Assembly: GCA_900617105.1 (NCBI GenBank)
Contig: UYFQ01000772.1
Coordinates: 1-58,222 of the forward strand
DNA from: Hydrurus foetidus
Lineage: Eukaryota
Length of the DNA stretch: 58,222 bases
Reading direction: 5' to 3'
The translations under genes were made by a program, and so were the position numbers. This document shows positions 53,412 through 58,222 of this stretch, in pieces (within the stretch, counting starts at the first letter, position 1; each line of letters opens with the position of its first letter). A model generated the notes under the pieces. It was not told where the DNA came from and made no database searches. It was given only the letters and a program-made list of their open reading frames with translations.

Positions 53412-53630
53412 GGCCGGTCCTTACGGTGTCGGATTTCAGGGAAAGTTAGAATCGGATTTCGGTTTTTGAAATCCAATTCTGACTTTTTCGATTTCCGACG
53501 CGGAGATTGTCGGAAATTCAGCCTATTTTTCGACAATCTCCGCGTCGGAAATCGAAAAATTCAGAATTGATTTCAAAAACAGAAATCCGATTCTAACTTT
53601 CCCTGAAATCCGACACCGTAAGGACCGGCC
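53412..53630. mobile_element. PIF/Harbinger (Tourist-like) fold-back MITE, 219 bp
   Basis: TAA target-site duplication at 53409-53411 and 53631-53633. Termini are GGCCGGTCCTTACGG...CCGTAAGGACCGGCC, with ~100-bp arms carrying few mismatches. Confidence 0.85.
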
Positions 53631-53887
53631 TAAACTACGGATTTTACATTTTACACCCTAAAGTAAAGAACGACCTACTATTTCATGGAAGTCGTACTTA
53701 AATTGGTGCGCAATACTAATTTTATGATGCCGCACTTTTATTTCTACTTTTTTTTTGGAATTTCATAATTGGAACTTCGGGTGATCACGCTGAAGTCAAA
53801 TCTTTTTTCATCTGGTTTTAGTTAGGATTAGAATGGCTCGGGGGCGGTCAGGGTTAGGGTTAAGAAATGAGTAGATAATTACAGCTG

Positions 53888-54104
53888 TGTGGCCTCACTA
53901 GGATCTGGGCACTGGGAGCGGGACGGCAGGGAGCGGGAGCAAGGGAAAGGGTGCTGGAAGAGCTATTGCTATGGAAACAATATGGTTAGCTTACAGGTAA
54001 ACACAGCAGGTATCATGGCAATGAATCGGATGGATCGGATCGTCCTCGATCCGGTCCGAACGTACGCCTGTACCCGTACAGCCCGTACGGGTGTGCGGGT
54101 CACA
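53888..54104 (-). repeat. 3' LTR of the Gypsy element (~217 bp)
   Basis: On the - strand it starts TGTGACC just after the polypurine tract GAGAGAGAGAGGGG (~54121-54108) and ends GGCCACA, giving terminal inverted TGTG(A/G)CC. The 5' LTR is outside the window, so the end (53886 vs 53888) and the TSD are unverified. Confidence 0.7.
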
Positions 54105-54315
54105 GTGCCCCTCTCTCTCTCAAGGGGTGTACTAAATGACAAAATTCATCATCAAAATACTAACTATGAGTAAGTAACTAACTTATTGAATAACTATTTC
54201 AGACTAAGAACTGAAAGTTCCTTACTGAATAAACCTCCCTAAAATCCCTGAGGATCCAATTTAGGAGGAATCTTTATGATTTAGTTAATCAATGTTTTAT
54301 TTTTATTTTTACCGG

Positions 54316-57300
54316 TTAACGGTAGTTTGCGATGAATTCGCGTGGTATTAAGTGTTTGAGGTTCTTTCTGATTAAGAACTCATGTACTTTTTGCGCTTTA
54401 CGCATGTGTGTCCACGGTTCCCATGTGTTGTGTTCATGGGTGTAGTTGAGCCATTTCACATGAAATGTGAGTGATTTGTATGCTCTTATGTTTCCTTTCA
54501 TGTCTAGGATTTCCTCTATGAAGAATTCTAGATAATCTCTACGAGCGATGTCAGTTGGATCGACATGCGTAGGATCAAAGTGAAACGGTTTTAGTTGGGT
54601 CATGTGGTACAACTTTTCTTTGTGTGTTACCAGATCGAGTAATGTATACTCTGCGAAGTTGTGGCTGACAACTCGCATTGGGCCGCGCCACAGTGTGTGC
54701 ATGCGCGTTTCTGGTGATGTTCTTTGTTGGACAAGTACAAATGTGTCGACTCCGAACTGTGTGACGTTGGGAAGTTGTTGTGCATTGTGCAAGTCGTCGG
54801 ATTCTTTGAGTAGACGTGCGGTGATTTCGATGAGTTCATCTTGCAACGTTAACATTTTATCAGTTGACCGTGTGAGTGAGTCGAAATCTAAATCAATTTC
54901 ATCTCTCGGGAGGAGGATGTTTGCGTCGAGGTCGATCGCGTTGCCATAGATGAGTTGTGCTGGAGACACTTTCATCCGGTCATTTACGGTTGAATTTAGT
55001 ATTCTTTGTACAAACGGTAATATTTCCGCGTAGTTTTCCGTAGTTGCGCGTTCGTATGCGTACGCGGTTATATGGCGATTGATTTCTTTGTTGATTCGCT
55101 CGACGATAGCGTTTTCTTCTGAACAGTATGGTAATATTTTGTTGTGTGTTGTTCCAACAATCTTCACAAACTCATCTATGATGTGGCTTGCGAAGTGGGG
55201 TCCATTATCTGATCGAAGTATACATGGTGAGCCGTAGCGTCCCACGTGTTCTACAAGTGCTGTGCACGCTGATTTGGCTGTTGCATCAGGTGTTGCGTAG
55301 AGTTCGACAAACCTTGAGAAGGTGTCGATCATAACAAGGATATATCCTTTATCGGGAAATGGACCAATGAAGTCTATGTTAAGGCATTCCATTGGTTTGT
55401 ATGTTGAGGTTGTGTACCGGTATGCGTTGATGGGATATTTCATTGCCGACATCTTTTGGCAACACGGACAATTTTTAATGAATGTTTTTACTGCGTCACG
55501 CATTCCCAGCCATATGTTATTTGTTTTCTTTAAATTACGCAGTGTGCGTTGTACACCACCATGTCCGACTATCGTGTTGTGGCACGTTGCAATTAGGTTA
55601 TATTGCTCTGTCGTTATTGGTTTGTGTGTCAGAATTGCTGCTATTATTCCTGTTTTAGGAGGCATTCTGTTTAAACATAGGCGAGACATTGCGTCAGCAA
55701 TTTCATTTTGTTTTCCCGGGATGTACCCTATCGTATATTCTAGTTCCTGCAGGGCCATACGCCATCTGCCGACCATCTCGTTTTTATCCTTTTCTAGGAA
55801 CGTAAGATTTTTGTGGTCTGTTAGGATTGTGAATTTACGGTCTCGCAGCAGTGCGTCGAGATAAGTACAGCAATAATATAGCGCGAAGGCTTCTTTTTGT
55901 ATTACTGACCATTTCAGTTGAGTCTTGGTAAGAGACTTGCTTACGAGAGCGACGAGTTGTTTTTCTCCGTCGACTTCTTGATACAAATAGCCGCCGATCC
56001 CGTAATCTGACGCATCGGTCATGAGGGTAATGGGCGCTGTATCGTGTATGAAATATAATAAAGGACTCTTTGCAATTAGATCTTTTATCTTTTGAAAAGA
56101 ATTTGCGGCGTCATCTGTCCAGATTAGCATTGATTGCTTTTTCGCGGCGTGATCTATAATTTTGTGCAGTGGTGCGACCACGTTGGAGTGATTTGGTACA
56201 TGATCCCGAAAATAATTGGTGAGTCCGAGGAACGATCTAAGTTCAGTCGTCTTTCGTGGCATAGGAAAGTCGGTCACACCTCTTATTTTTTGGAACTCAT
56301 AGTTATACCTTCTTTAGATATTTGTCTACCGACATATTCAACTATTCGCACATTTAGCTTTAGCTTTGCGGCTTTTAGTGAAATGTTTTTGTTTTCTAGG
56401 CGTTGAAAAAGGATTTCTAATCGCTCGCAGAATTGATCAAATCCATTACCATAAACGATGATGTCGTCGAGGTATACTTCACAGATTTGGTATATTAGTC
56501 CTAAAAGGACTATTGAGGCCATCATTTCTTGGAAATATGAGGGGGCTCTTTTGGGTCCGAAAGGTAGTCGGGTAAAGTGGTAGATGCCCATAAATGTTAT
56601 GAAAGCTGTATACACACGTGTACTTAGAGTTAACGGTGCTTGGTGATATCCTGCTGTGAGGTCTATTACACCGAATGTGTCTGCTTTTTGTGAACCTAAT
56701 CTTGCTAACATTTGTTTAATATTAGGGATTGGCCAGCTTGCTGATTCCGTTGCGTCGTTGAGGTGACGATAGTCTATACAGAATCGGTATGAACCGTCTG
56801 GCTTTGCCGCGAGTGTTACTTGCGAATAGTATGATGCCTCTGATTTGACTATTATACCCTGTTCAAGCATAGTTTCAACTTGTTTTCGGATTTCGACTTG
56901 TTTTCGTGTAGACGTTGGTCGTGGTGCTACGCGGTTTTTGAAAACTTTCCACTCTGGATCCCGTACGGGTAGTCCAAAGGGGGGAATTCGCGCGGGCTCT
57001 GGTCCGAGTTTGTTGTTGAATAGCTTTATGTGTTTGACACAAATTGCTTTAATTTTTGCTTGTTGTTCAGGGGTACCATCGATTTGTATGAGATCGATGA
57101 GGTACATTTTGTCCTCTGTTGGATTGTCTTGGAAAGGAGCGAAGGTATCCTTCGACTTGTAGTCAATCTCTTCGGGTCCGAAGGGTTGAACCTCTGGGAG
57201 TTCTTCACGCTCCCGGAGTAGAGCAGCAACTAGACCACGTGTTTGGGCTGGTGCCTTGGATGAGGGAGTAGGAGTAGCTAATTCCGGACTCCTGTCGGTT

Positions 57301-57989
57301 GTTACACCTAAATCATTTTGTCGGGGAGGTGACAACAAAACTGCTGCCTCGACCGTAGAGTGCAAAATGAACTCATCAGAATCTAGCCTAGCCGCTGCCG
57401 CAGCTAAGCTAGTGGGACACCCACATGAAGGAGTGCATGTCTTGCTTGTACAAGCACCTCGAGCCACCAGGTCGTCTTGCCATCGACTGTCTGTGTCTGA
57501 GGGTTTTATCCCCTCTCGGCTAGTTATAACCGGAGGTAAGGTTGGACTTGTAATACTCGTAACTGTGTCCGACTCTGTATCTAACATGAGTGGAACATCC
57601 ACGTGGTCTAATACCATGTTTGTGGATTGATTCAGTTTTTGAAATGAGTGAATTTTTTCATTTTGGATATTTTCCGGAGATTGGAAGAATTCCGGAATGA
57701 TTTTAACCAAATTTAGTTTTTTTATGGTCTCTAATCCTAAGATTAGGTCGACTTTGGAATCTTCTGCAATTCGCACCGGAAGAGAAAAAGTGTGTTTTAA
57801 ACCGTTTTTGTTAAATGATACAACAATATCAAGGACAGCAGTGGATTCAATACATTGATTATTTAGACCCGAACACATCCATATGGGAGAGTCGGTGGTG
57901 CGAAGTTGGGGTTCACCACGTAGGCCCCGAAGGACTCTACGATTGATTACGTCCCCAACTTGACATCCGGTGTCGATTTGGGGACGTAA
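54316..57989 (-). CDS. pol: Gypsy Pol (protease, RT, RNase H, integrase, chromodomain), split by a 1-nt frameshift near 56285
   Basis: Protease IDTG at 57977-57966 is in frame with ORF 57878-56283. RT: RFCIDYRHLN, DLTAGYHQ, PFG, YLDD. RNase H: TDASDYGIGG, TDHKNL. Integrase: HHCC, DFIGP, SDNG, ERIN. Chromodomain: FHVKWLNY..NTWEP. Confidence 0.9.
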
Positions 57990-58222
57990 TCAATCGTAGG
58001 GTCCTTCGGCCATGCCGCTATTTTGGTCCATAGCTGGAGGAAGATTTGGGTGGGGACCGGTCTCGATCGCGGCGATCTTTGTCTTTGTCTTTTTCCGCTT
58101 GGCGCGAGTCGTCTTTGCGGTTGGAGTCGCGGTCGCGGCTGTCAACTCGGTCGCCAAAGCGGTAGCCGGGGATTGGGTCTGAGGAAGATATATTGTTACT
58201 TGTAAGTAATCATCAATCTCGT

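Larger units (their letters stand above)
53888..58222 (-). mobile_element. Ty3/Gypsy LTR retrotransposon with chromodomain (chromovirus-type), 5' part beyond the window edge
   Basis: Domain order PR-RT-RH-IN-CHD, followed by PPT and LTR. Confidence 0.95.

Noticed and set aside
53850..53864. GGGTTAGGGTTA as a telomeric repeat
   Set aside because: Only about two units, which is chance level.
57927..58009. TGA plus hairpin as a selenocysteine/SECIS signal or ADAR editing site
   Set aside because: Eukaryotic SECIS elements lie in 3' UTRs and need the AUGA/GA kink-turn, which is not seen. The TGA is fully paired in the stem, and ADAR is animal-specific. Kept only as remote alternatives.

Overview
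Intron-rich eukaryotic nuclear DNA. Several proteins have a signal peptide plus an 'AF/SF'-type transit peptide, which suggests a plastid-bearing stramenopile such as a chrysophyte (inference). In order: a ~210-bp tandem array; an intron-containing, truncated IS3EU-like transposase fragment; a HAD hydrolase; ALKBH1; an ABC1 kinase; an Ala-rich multi-pass membrane protein; a pepsin-like protease; a small plastid-type protein; an Ig/PH/coiled-coil (SCAB/AIR9-like) protein; an SH3-less PEX13-like protein; an NDP-glucose 4,6-dehydratase; a ~21-kb TOR kinase gene of ~31 exons; a CYP450; two long fold-back MITE-like elements; and the 3' part of a chromodomain Ty3/Gypsy LTR retrotransposon. The most striking signal is the retrotransposon's gag-pol junction. 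The protease catalytic DTG sits at the apex of a 39-bp hairpin whose 5' arm carries an in-frame TGA. That arm lies within a 90-nt block bounded by near-identical direct repeats, and removing the block gives a canonical IAAIDTG motif. The region is also dual-coding and follows a candidate splice acceptor, so it may be an undescribed recoding/bypass cassette. All gene models were built by eye from GT(GC)-AG boundaries and protein motifs; no database search was run.
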